From assembly GCF_947492555.1 (NCBI RefSeq), contig NZ_CANLNE010000007.1:10302-74301 (forward strand): 64,000 nt of DNA, read 5' to 3'. The position numbers and the translations under genes were made by a program. Within the stretch, counting starts at the first letter, position 1. Each line of letters starts with the position of its first letter. The notes under the pieces are model-generated. The model saw nothing but the letters and a program-made list of their open reading frames with translations. It searched no databases and had not been told where the DNA came from. Shown in pieces: positions 9,104 through 18,002 of this stretch. The stretch comes from an uncultured Roseobacter sp. Lineage in GTDB: Bacteria; Pseudomonadota; Alphaproteobacteria; Rhodobacterales; Rhodobacteraceae.

Positions 9104-10116
9104 TGGGAATAATAAGGGACATACTCGAACAAGTCGATGACGCCATCGATACGGTTTCGCAGGATGGATTTGTCTCTTCTGCAGGTGCCGTCGGTGATGT
9201 TCTTTCGATTGGGTCAGCTGTCTTGCTCATCTTGATCGGCATCAATGTAGTGATGCAAATCAGACCGATGACCTTTGGAAGTGGTTTTGCTTTTGGAATA
9301 AAGATCGCTTTGATTGGAATATTTGCCCAGAGTTGGGACAACTTCCAAGTCGTGTACACGATTGTCACAGAAGTCCCAGAAAGTATTGGTGCATCGATTC
9401 TCGCGCTTACGGATTCCGGGAATGAAGCAGGGGTCTACGAAAGCCTCGACAGCATGGTGAACCGGATCACCGCCTATGGTGACGCCATCGGCGACCGTGC
9501 AGGCTGGGTGTTTGGCGCAGTGCTCGGAGCGATTTTCTTCGTTCTGTCCGCCATCTTCGCAGCCGTCACCGCCGGGATCATCGCCTATGCGCGTATCGTT
9601 TTCACACTGATGATCGTCATCGCGCCCTTCATGATCCTGACGTCGCTCTTCAAACCGACCCAATCGCTTTTCGAAGCCTGGACCCGTGCCACCATCGGCT
9701 ATGCCTTGATGCCAGTGGCCGCCGCCGGGGCCGCCGGGATCATCGTCGCCATCGCTGAGTCTATTGGCGACGCCTCCGCCGACCCGGACAACGTCGAAAC
9801 GGTCAGCCTTATCCTGCCGTTCCTCGTGATCTTGCTCCTGTCAGCTGGCGTGATGGCCGCCGTCCCGTTCATCGCATCCAACCTCACAGGTGTCATGGGC
9901 ATCGCCTCGAATGCGATCGGCCTGACGGGATTGGCGCGACGCGGCGTGGTCAACGCTGGAGAGTATGGCGCGGGTGGTGCCGGACGCATCTTGACCGGCA
10001 GGACACCCTACGAACTCCGGCGCGGTGTCAGCGGCGCGGCCACGAAGAGCAACGAATTGATCCGACGTACGCCTGCCGCCGCGCTCGCTCTGACAAAATC
10101 CTTTCGCAAGACATGA
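9103..10116 (+). CDS. virB6: VirB6/TrbL family inner membrane protein
   Basis: Multi-TM profile; PFMILTSLFKPTQSLFEAW motif; operon position. Confidence 0.88.
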   Translation: MGIIRDILEQVDDAIDTVSQDGFVSSAGAVGDVLSIGSAVLLILIGINVVMQIRPMTFGSGFAFGIKIALIGIFAQSWDNFQVVYTIVTEVPESIGASILALTDSGNEAGVYESLDSMVNRITAYGDAIGDRAGWVFGAVLGAIFFVLSAIFAAVTAGIIAYARIVFTLMIVIAPFMILTSLFKPTQSLFEAWTRATIGYALMPVAAAGAAGIIVAIAESIGDASADPDNVETVSLILPFLVILLLSAGVMAAVPFIASNLTGVMGIASNAIGLTGLARRGVVNAGEYGAGGAGRILTGRTPYELRRGVSGAATKSNELIRRTPAAALALTKSFRKT

Positions 10117-10778
10117 CCCGCGCGGAGTTCGATCAGGACGCCTTCGAGGCCGACTTCATCTTTGGTCCACGCAGGCGCGAGCGTTTTGCCTATTTTGTTG
10201 CCGCCGCTGGTGTGATCGTCGGTTTGGTCGGTTTCGTCGGGGCCGTTGCTTTGTTCCCGCTCAAGACGGTCGAGACCTTCGTCGTCGTCGTCGACAAGGA
10301 AACTGGCGAAATGGACCGCGTTGCCGCCGTCGAGGCGCTCAGCCTCGACGAAAGTGATGCGATCATTCAGGCCAACCTGGTCGCATACGTGGATGATCGT
10401 GAAACCTACGATCTGACCGACGGCGAAGAACGGATCAATTCGGTCCTTCAACGGTCTGACGAAGACGCCGCGCGCACTCTTCGCGATCTTTGGTCTTCGA
10501 CCAATCCTGACTATCCGATCTCAGTCTATGGACGGGACGCGAAGATCGATGTGGTCATCCGGTCTGTGAACCAGGTCGAACCCGGGGTGGCGCAGGTGCG
10601 GTTCATGAAAACGCTTCGAAAACCGCGTGACAACAGAACTGTGACACGGCCCTACGTGGCCACGCTGCGTTACGAGTTTCGCCCGGAAACCCGCCAGCGG
10701 TTGCAGCAGGTCTGGGCCAACCCGCTCGGGTTTGTCGTCACGTCTTACCGAGTCGACGCCGAAACGTTGGAGAACTGA
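10113..10778 (+). CDS. virB8: VirB8 family protein
   Basis: Single TM, PLKTVETFVVVVDKETG, YVDDRETYD, NPLGFVVTSY. Confidence 0.93.
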   Translation: MTRAEFDQDAFEADFIFGPRRRERFAYFVAAAGVIVGLVGFVGAVALFPLKTVETFVVVVDKETGEMDRVAAVEALSLDESDAIIQANLVAYVDDRETYDLTDGEERINSVLQRSDEDAARTLRDLWSSTNPDYPISVYGRDAKIDVVIRSVNQVEPGVAQVRFMKTLRKPRDNRTVTRPYVATLRYEFRPETRQRLQQVWANPLGFVVTSYRVDAETLEN

Positions 10779-10781
10779 GTG

Positions 10782-11513
10782 ATGAAGCTGCGCACCGCCC
10801 TGCCCTGTTTGCTTTTGGCTCTGGCACCTTCCCAAGTACTTTCGGAAGCCACGCCTCAGGGTGGGCCGAAAGATATCCGCATACGATATGCGGTCTACGA
10901 CGAGCAACAGGTGTTCCGTATCGAGACGGATCTGCGGCACTCGACCACGATCCAGTTTGGCGACGGGGAGCGGTTCGAGGCTGTAATCGTGGGAGACACC
11001 GAAAGCTTTCAGGTCGATCCAATTCCCGAGCTTGGCAATGTGCTGACGATCAAGCCGCATGTCCAAAATGCTTCGACCAACATGACCGTGATCACCAACC
11101 GTCGCAGCTATGCATTCCATCTCCGGGAAGGCTCGATTCCAGGTCGCACGGGCATGTTCTTCGAAGTGCGGTTTCGCTACCCGGGCGAAGAGCGCCTTGC
11201 CACACTGACGAACGCACAGCCCAAAGGGTTCGAGGCGCCGCGCAACTACAACTACAAGATCGCCGGAGAAGGCGACTTTCGCCCGGCCACGGTCTATGAC
11301 GACGGTCGGTTCACCTACTTCAGTTTTCCCGCAAGCGGACGGCAACCCGCGATCTTCAAGGCTGACAACCGCGGTCGCGAGCGCACGGTCAATTGGACCC
11401 AGAACGGCAACACCGTCCGCGTCTCCGGTGTCAACGACTTCTGGACACTGCGGCTGGGTGAAGAAGCGCTCTGCATCTACCGAGACGCCTCCGCGATATA
11501 CGTGAGCAACTGA
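10782..11513 (+). CDS. virB9: VirB9/TrbG family protein
   Basis: Signal peptide; DIRIRYAVYD, TNMTVITNRRSY, YDDGRFTYF, PAIF motifs. Confidence 0.93.
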   Translation: MKLRTALPCLLLALAPSQVLSEATPQGGPKDIRIRYAVYDEQQVFRIETDLRHSTTIQFGDGERFEAVIVGDTESFQVDPIPELGNVLTIKPHVQNASTNMTVITNRRSYAFHLREGSIPGRTGMFFEVRFRYPGEERLATLTNAQPKGFEAPRNYNYKIAGEGDFRPATVYDDGRFTYFSFPASGRQPAIFKADNRGRERTVNWTQNGNTVRVSGVNDFWTLRLGEEALCIYRDASAIYVSN

Positions 11514-11516
11514 GCC

Positions 11517-12938
11517 ATGTCGGATGATCCCAACTTTAAGAACCGGCTGGATACATTCAGCAAGGCAAAACGCTCCAAACCCAGATCGGGATTCGGTGTC
11601 ACTGCCCTGGCGCTCGCTCTCGGCCTCGGCGGTGCGGGCGTTGCGTATTTTCTGGCGACTGACTGGCAAGCGGATCCAGACCAACTAGAGACTTCGGATG
11701 TCGAGCCATTTCAGAATGACGGTATCTCAAATGGTGGTCGGCTGGAATTTCCTGCCGATGAAGCGGACCAGCGCGTGAACGATGCCCTTATCGCTGTGGA
11801 AGAAGCCCTTGAGGTCCCGGAACCGATCCCGCCCGCGGCTGAACCAAGCGCTGATATCCTCGCCGAACTGGCTGAGCTTCGCGAAGCACTCGCCGCTACT
11901 CAGCTCGAGCGAAACGCCGAGATTCAGTCAGCCGTCACCGAACTGCGCAATGCCTTCGCAGATCAAGCACAAGCCCTCGAAGCCGCTGTCGCGGAACGAG
12001 ACGACAAACTTGCGGCCCTGGAACGCGACAGCGAGACCCGGCTGAACTCTCTTCAGAGTCTTCTGGAGGCAGAACGAGCGCAACGCGAAGCCCTTGAAGC
12101 GGAACGCGCCAATGACGCCCTGATCCGCGACCAACAGCTTCTAGAGGAACGTCGCAGACAGGAAGAGGAGCAAAAGCGCCGCGAAGCCGAACAGCAGGCC
12201 GAACAACTATTGAGGGCCCAGATCCAGTCTCCTGCCGTAGTCTATTCGACAGGATCATCGGTCTCGGCACCAAACGCCAGCGGCCTGCAGAACGTCGCGC
12301 CAGGCGCAGATATCCCACTGAATGAAAACGAAGCCTATCTCAGAGGCGCGGCGCGGCCGCTTGAAATCGATGAGGCGGCGAAGATGGAGCGACCCGAACG
12401 CACTCTCGCGCAAGGGTCCGTCATACAGGCGGCACTGCAAACGGCCATCAACAGTGACCTGCCCGGAAACGTTGTCGCGGTCGTTGCGGAACCAGTTCAC
12501 GCGTTCGCCGGCGACGCAGTACTGATCCCGCGAGGCTCGCGGTTGTTTGGGCAATATCGATCGGGCGTGGAAGTGAACCAGAAACGCATCCTCATTCTAT
12601 GGACGCGCGTCCTCACGCCGGACGGTACGTCCATGCAGATCGCCTCTGTCGGGGGTGATCAACTCGGACGCTCCGGCCTGACCGGTTTGGTGGATACGAA
12701 GTTCGACGAACGCTTTGGAGGAGCTGCTCTGATATCGATTATCGGCGCGGCCCCCGCAGTCGCCGCCAATTCCACGGAAGACGAAGTGACCCGCGAGGTT
12801 CTGGAGGAGGTCGGCAATGATCTCGAAGACGCGACAAGTTCGGTGATCGCCGATCAGGTCTCGATCTCGCCAACCATCTACGTCGATCAGGGGGCCATGG
12901 TAACCGTACTGGTCGATAGGGACATCGTGATCTATTGA
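11517..12938 (+). CDS. virB10: VirB10/TrbI family protein
   Basis: N-terminal TM, coiled coil, C-terminal GSVIQAALQTAINSDLPG, IPRGSRLFG, GRSGLTG, PTIYVDQG. Confidence 0.93.
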   Translation: MSDDPNFKNRLDTFSKAKRSKPRSGFGVTALALALGLGGAGVAYFLATDWQADPDQLETSDVEPFQNDGISNGGRLEFPADEADQRVNDALIAVEEALEVPEPIPPAAEPSADILAELAELREALAATQLERNAEIQSAVTELRNAFADQAQALEAAVAERDDKLAALERDSETRLNSLQSLLEAERAQREALEAERANDALIRDQQLLEERRRQEEEQKRREAEQQAEQLLRAQIQSPAVVYSTGSSVSAPNASGLQNVAPGADIPLNENEAYLRGAARPLEIDEAAKMERPERTLAQGSVIQAALQTAINSDLPGNVVAVVAEPVHAFAGDAVLIPRGSRLFGQYRSGVEVNQKRILILWTRVLTPDGTSMQIASVGGDQLGRSGLTGLVDTKFDERFGGAALISIIGAAPAVAANSTEDEVTREVLEEVGNDLEDATSSVIADQVSISPTIYVDQGAMVTVLVDRDIVIY

Positions 12939-13921
12939 GCGAAGCGTCCCTCCCCTCCTCGTATCTCGAGCAATACCTAGAACCCTATCGCGATTTGATC
13001 CTGAAGGACGACATAATCGAGTTGGCGATCAACCCGGATGGTAATGTCTGGATCGAACGCCAAGGTGCCCACGCCATGGAGAGAATTGACCGCACTGTCG
13101 AGGTGGCCGCAGCAGCAAATCTGGCTGCCACATTGGTTGGTGATGCGCGCGCGCGAGTGTCGCAGAAGTCGCCTTTAGTTTCAGGTAAGATCGACTACCT
13201 TGAGCGCCCGCTACGCATCCAGGTTGTTGTGCCACCCGCGGTAGAACACGGCGCAGCGATCTCCATTCGGCTATTTGGCGTTGGTGGCCAGACAACCTTC
13301 GATCCTGAGTATCTGTTCGGGAAGCCGGTCTCGCTCGATGGTCGGCGGCAATCGAGACTCTCAGAAGTCGAGGAAATTGCAAAGAGCGACCTCTCCAGAG
13401 CCTTGTCGTCGCTCGTCCGCCATCGTTTGAATCTTTTGGTCAGCGGTGGGACGTCCACCGGCAAAACCACATTCGCAAGGCATTTGCTGAAATCGGTTCC
13501 GGACGACGAGAGGCTCATCACCATTGAAGACGCCTTCGAGCTTTTCCCTGGTCAGCCAAACACTGTTTGCCTGTTGTCTGAGCGTGTTCCGACATCTCAG
13601 CGGTCAACAAGTGCTCTGCTACAGGCGAGTTTGCGCATGCGCCCGGATCGCATCGTTGTGGGCGAGTTGCGCGGTGCTGAAGCGCTGACATATCTGGAAG
13701 CCATCAACACGGGTCACGGCGGATCGGTGACAACAATCCACGCCGAAACCGCTGAGCTTGCGATAGACCGGTTGGCGATCATGGTCTTGCAGGCCGGGAC
13801 ACCTTTGACCTTCGCCGAGGTACAGAGCTACATCCGACGGTCGATAGATGTCATTGTTCAGCTAGGACGCGACAGCGGTAAACGCGGCGTCTCAGAGGTC
13901 CTGGTTGTTGGGACACGCTGA
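12935..13921 (+). CDS. virB11: VirB11 family ATPase
   Basis: Walker A GGTSTGKTT, TIED, LRMRPDRIVVGELRG, NTGHGGSVTTIHA. Confidence 0.95.
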   Translation: MSEASLPSSYLEQYLEPYRDLILKDDIIELAINPDGNVWIERQGAHAMERIDRTVEVAAAANLAATLVGDARARVSQKSPLVSGKIDYLERPLRIQVVVPPAVEHGAAISIRLFGVGGQTTFDPEYLFGKPVSLDGRRQSRLSEVEEIAKSDLSRALSSLVRHRLNLLVSGGTSTGKTTFARHLLKSVPDDERLITIEDAFELFPGQPNTVCLLSERVPTSQRSTSALLQASLRMRPDRIVVGELRGAEALTYLEAINTGHGGSVTTIHAETAELAIDRLAIMVLQAGTPLTFAEVQSYIRRSIDVIVQLGRDSGKRGVSEVLVVGTR

Positions 13922-14032
13922 TTAAACCAAACTGCAAAATTTCGGAGATTCTTTTTTCACGATTGAGTTTTTCGTACGAATGTTGTCAAGCTTTCTGCGG
14001 ATGGCGAAGTGGTGAGCATGGCCTGCTATTGT

Positions 14033-14626
14033 TTAATATGCCTCAGCTAAGCTCTGGGGTGTTGACAGCGCTTTGTCTGCTTCTTTTTTCGAGAACTCAT
14101 AAGTTTCGTCCGAATGACATTCGAGCAATCCTAGAGGCCCCAGCCCTGCATCGGATGTATAGCATTCCAGAAGCTTACGTACGATGACCGGTATCATCAT
14201 GCTTTGAGGTCCAAAGTGTTTTGCATCATGCGCGCTAAGCTTCATAACCAATCCGTTTCGCAGGTCAGCAACCGAAAACTGGGTCCACATAGATCGAAAC
14301 TCGCCCATGAAAAAATGCCATGCCTCAGCGCGTTCGGGATCCGCTGTCAACTGTTGGTGAATGAACCAAAGCGTAGGCACCTTGCGGAACTCAGGGTCCT
14401 TCTCGCGAAGAACCTCTCCAAAGCGTGTCAAAACAATCGGAAATCTTAGCTCAATGACACCAGATTTATGCAGCCATGAACGATACGCGGAAGCAAATGG
14501 CGCGCCGTATCTGAAGGGCTCTGCAAGCTCTTTGTCGCGAAGCGTTGGCTGTTTGAGTGCGTTAGCCAAGATACGAGACATGCGCTCTCTGTTCAATCCA
14601 AAATTACCGTGAAAAAATACAGTCAC
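14033..14626 (-). CDS. DUF4007-family protein (SspB/BrxA-like winged helix), short form (197 aa)
   Basis: GTG at 14626 with GGAGG RBS; RSWLHKSGVIE..LTRFG..DP....TLWFIHQQL....AEAWHFF matches the DUF4007 pattern as recalled. Confidence 0.7.
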   Translation of the reverse strand: MTVFFHGNFGLNRERMSRILANALKQPTLRDKELAEPFRYGAPFASAYRSWLHKSGVIELRFPIVLTRFGEVLREKDPEFRKVPTLWFIHQQLTADPERAEAWHFFMGEFRSMWTQFSVADLRNGLVMKLSAHDAKHFGPQSMMIPVIVRKLLECYTSDAGLGPLGLLECHSDETYEFSKKEADKALSTPQSLAEAY

Positions 14627-14730
14627 CCATTGATCCTCCGTATTAAGACTTGACGACAATCGAAGCACTCAATGCCAGTGCCCAGCAACCATGCCATCGC
14701 GAAGGCGAGCATATTCAAGAGGAAGAAAAA

Positions 14731-15798
14731 ATGACAGAGGAGCAAAGTTCGCCAGAGCTTGATCTGAGCGCTCTGGCGTTCGAGCAGAACCACCAAACCT
14801 TTCGCGCCCTCAACCACCAGATGTGGCAAATTCCACTCATCTCCATGACGCTGACAGGTGGATTATGGTTCGGGGTGTCCAAAGTAGATGGTTCACCATT
14901 CTTTCAAGTTGCGCTGTTGTTCCTGGCAACTGTCGGCAATGCCTGTTTATTTTTGGTGATTCAGCGTCTGCGCTACGTGATAGAGCAGACGCTCAATTGG
15001 TTAGAAACCCGTTCACCCGCAAACTTTGTTTCAGCCAAGGGCGATTGCTGGTACAACAGACCTCTGGTTGTGCGCCGGTCATTCCAGTCGATGCTCCTCC
15101 TCGCGTGTTTTACCAGCTTTAGCCTGCTGGTCATGACATGTTTTCAAATTGATTGGTCTCGGGTCGCGAATCCTATGACGAAAACTCCGGCATCCGCATA
15201 TTATGACCAACACGCGTTGGACTTGGCCGACAGCTATGAAGGCATCTCGGCGGATGCTGCGCACCCGGGTCTCGCGAATATCCTCAAGGAAGGCTTTGCA
15301 GACGCACGGGTGGATATTCTTGATGTAGGTGCCGGAACAGGCCGAGACTCGGCTTGGCTCGCTTTGCTCGGCCATCGGGTTGTTGCAGCAGAACCGTCGA
15401 GCGCCATGCTTCAGATCGCCCGCCACGCCCACAAAGACAGCTCCATTCAATGGGTCCGCGACGCCTTGCCCGGGTTGGACATCATTAGCAGCCATACAAG
15501 GAGGTTTGATATCATCGTTCTGAGCGCAGTTTGGATGCATATCTCCGAGGAGGACCGCCCGGCCGCTGTTTCTACGATTGCTTCGTTGTTGAAGCCTAGC
15601 GGTTTTGTCTACATCACCCTCCGTCTTGGTCCGGCAGACGCGGCACGCTCAATTTTTGAAGTATCTTTGGATGAGCTGACTGAACTGGCAGGAAGTAACG
15701 GCTTCCAGATACAATACCTTGAAACACGCCCTGACCTCCTCGGCCGCGACGAGATCACCTGGCAAAGCGTCCTGCTATCGACTGAGAGCAAAACTTGA
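14731..15798 (+). CDS. 3-TM membrane domain fused to a class I SAM-dependent methyltransferase
   Basis: Three hydrophobic segments in the first ~145 aa, no stop codon, then motif I ILDVGAGTGRDS, VVAAEPS, FDIIVLSAVWMHI. Confidence 0.8.
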   Translation: MTEEQSSPELDLSALAFEQNHQTFRALNHQMWQIPLISMTLTGGLWFGVSKVDGSPFFQVALLFLATVGNACLFLVIQRLRYVIEQTLNWLETRSPANFVSAKGDCWYNRPLVVRRSFQSMLLLACFTSFSLLVMTCFQIDWSRVANPMTKTPASAYYDQHALDLADSYEGISADAAHPGLANILKEGFADARVDILDVGAGTGRDSAWLALLGHRVVAAEPSSAMLQIARHAHKDSSIQWVRDALPGLDIISSHTRRFDIIVLSAVWMHISEEDRPAAVSTIASLLKPSGFVYITLRLGPADAARSIFEVSLDELTELAGSNGFQIQYLETRPDLLGRDEITWQSVLLSTESKT

Positions 15799-15906
15799 TC
15801 AATCGGCTCTGAATAGCCCATAACGTGGCCGTGCTGGGCTAGGGAAAAAGCACAAGAAAGACACATCTGACTTCCATGTTGCGTGTGCATGTTGCACCAT
15901 CGTTTC

Positions 15907-17799
15907 ATGAGCAAGTCTTTAAGATCTCTGACCTTTCCTTCAGATGTGGATACATCTCTAGATGACATCGATCAGGTGTTAATGAATCCATGCCTTGCTC
16001 ACTCAGTGTTCTATGATCGAGGTGTCGGGTACTTTACGTCGAGTTGGCTTCAACGTGTTTCAAGCGGCATAGCAGAGTTTGCGGGGAACGGCGGCAAGAT
16101 GCGGCTGATCACCAGTCCAAAGCTCAAGCCCGAAGATTGGGCAGCGATCAAACAGGGTGCGGACGCAATCCAAGACGACGTCCTGCTTCAGGCACTTAGA
16201 GACGAAGTTGATGAGCTCGAAAAAAGCGCAAGTTCCAAGCCTGTTCAGACACTATCATACATGATCGCGGAAAAGCTTCTGACCATCCGTATTGCTATAA
16301 CGACAGGCAAGTTGAGTGGAGACTACCATCCCAAACTTGGCATATTTCGTGATAGTGAGGATGAAGCGGTTGTCTTCCACGGTTCTCAGAACGAAACCGA
16401 GCAAGGCAGGCGCAATTTCGAGAGCTTAGATGTTTTCTTGAGTTGGGCTGACGCGCGCGACGCGTCACGTGTTCAGTCCCATCGAAACCGCTTTGAAAGA
16501 CTGTGGAACAACATTGATCCGAATGTCCAATGCTTCGATATCCCCGAGGCTATACGTCGGAATATCGCTCAGTTCTACCGGCCAAAAAGCGATTCGAAAG
16601 CAAAGGTCCTCAAAGACACAAGATGGCGCCACCAAGATGAGGCAGTTGAAAGGTTTCTAGCAGAGAAGAACGGCGTGCTCGAAATGGCAACCGGCACCGG
16701 TAAAACCCGGACAGCACTACGGATCATAGACAAGCTCACAACTCGCGATCTGGTCGATACTGTCATCGTGACCATGCGCGGCAACGACCTCCTAGAACAA
16801 TGGTTTCAGGCGCTTGTCACGGACTGCAACTGCAGGGTCTATCGGCAATTTGGCTCGCATCACGAAGGAGCGCGGTTTGTTGCGAGCCGCGGCAGAAGGC
16901 TACTCCTTGTTTCGCAGCACCACTTGCCGGAGTTTCTTTCGAGTGTTGAAGGGACAGCAGAGAGAACGCTGATTGTATGTGATGAAGTTCATGGATTTGG
17001 ATCGCCGGCACAGGTGACCACGCTTTCTGGTCTGGTGTCACCACTCAGCTACCGGTTAGGGCTGAGTGCGACCCCTGAAAGGGAGTATGATCAAGCTGGA
17101 AACGATTTCATTGAGAACGAAGTCGGCCCCATCATTTTCAAGTTTGAAATTGAAGATGCTATTCAACGCGGTATTTTGTGCGAATTTGATTACACGGCAT
17201 TAGAGTATGAATTGTCGGATGACGATCGGGCCGAAATCCGGAAAATCATCAAGCGCCACCATGCCCGTAGGGCGTCAGGTGAAGTCGTGAGCGACGAAGC
17301 ACTCTATCGTGACATTTCTCGTGTGCGAAAGGTTACGATAGAGAAGTTGGAACCTTTCAATGAGCATCTCACGAGCAAACCAGAGCTCTATGAACGCTCC
17401 CTGATCTTTGTAGAAACACGCAAATACGGTGAGCTTGTGCAAAGACTTCTTATGGATGCAGGAATTGTGTTCGGAACATATTACGAAGGTGATGAAGCGC
17501 AGCGCTTGTTGGATTTTGCGAACGGGCGACTGGACTGTCTGGTAAGTTGCCACCGGCTATCAGAAGGCATTGACATTAAGTCCGTCAAGAACATCGTTCT
17601 GTTTTCTTCAGCCCGGGCGAAACTGGAAACAATTCAGAGGCTTGGTCGTTGCCTGCGTACAGATCCCAACAACGAGGAGAAACGCGCGCATGTGCTAGAC
17701 TTTGTAGACTTTGGCTGTGATGACGATAGCGACAGCACAGACGTAAAGCGATATGACTGGCTGCGGAGCCTTAGCGCAACGCGAAAGGAAGAACAGTGA
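15907..17799 (+). CDS. pbeA: PLD-like nuclease + SF2 DEAD/DEAH helicase; PbeA-like (Dnd-associated restriction helicase)
   Basis: HPKLGIF...GSQNET PLD-type motif; MATGTGKT, DEVH, LSATP, QRLGRCLR; symbol assigned from architecture and synteny with dnd genes. Confidence 0.8.
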   Translation: MSKSLRSLTFPSDVDTSLDDIDQVLMNPCLAHSVFYDRGVGYFTSSWLQRVSSGIAEFAGNGGKMRLITSPKLKPEDWAAIKQGADAIQDDVLLQALRDEVDELEKSASSKPVQTLSYMIAEKLLTIRIAITTGKLSGDYHPKLGIFRDSEDEAVVFHGSQNETEQGRRNFESLDVFLSWADARDASRVQSHRNRFERLWNNIDPNVQCFDIPEAIRRNIAQFYRPKSDSKAKVLKDTRWRHQDEAVERFLAEKNGVLEMATGTGKTRTALRIIDKLTTRDLVDTVIVTMRGNDLLEQWFQALVTDCNCRVYRQFGSHHEGARFVASRGRRLLLVSQHHLPEFLSSVEGTAERTLIVCDEVHGFGSPAQVTTLSGLVSPLSYRLGLSATPEREYDQAGNDFIENEVGPIIFKFEIEDAIQRGILCEFDYTALEYELSDDDRAEIRKIIKRHHARRASGEVVSDEALYRDISRVRKVTIEKLEPFNEHLTSKPELYERSLIFVETRKYGELVQRLLMDAGIVFGTYYEGDEAQRLLDFANGRLDCLVSCHRLSEGIDIKSVKNIVLFSSARAKLETIQRLGRCLRTDPNNEEKRAHVLDFVDFGCDDDSDSTDVKRYDWLRSLSATRKEEQ

Positions 17800-18002
17800 C
17801 GAGTCCAAAAAAGAGAACCGCGAGCGAAGAAATCGCACTTGCGATTGCCGAAGCGGCGCAAGGCGTCTCGGTGAGCGTCACAGCTCAGACATCGACTGAG
17901 CGACTGCTGATTTCAACGCTGGATGTCATGCCGCCCACTCACAGGATCGAAAACACAATTGACGTCATACTTGAAGAGGACAGTTTGAGTGACAAGCAAT
18001 AA
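17796..18002 (+). CDS. small helical protein between helicase and ATPase; PbeB-like
   Basis: 68 aa, GTGA overlap with the helicase stop, overlaps the ATPase start. Confidence 0.6.
   Translation: MTSPKKRTASEEIALAIAEAAQGVSVSVTAQTSTERLLISTLDVMPPTHRIENTIDVILEEDSLSDKQ

Noticed and set aside
14033-15798. Possible BREX or full Ssp system
   Set aside because: No PglZ, BrxC/SspC ATPase, PglX or SspD partner; the methyltransferase lacks an NPPY/DPPY DNA-MTase motif.
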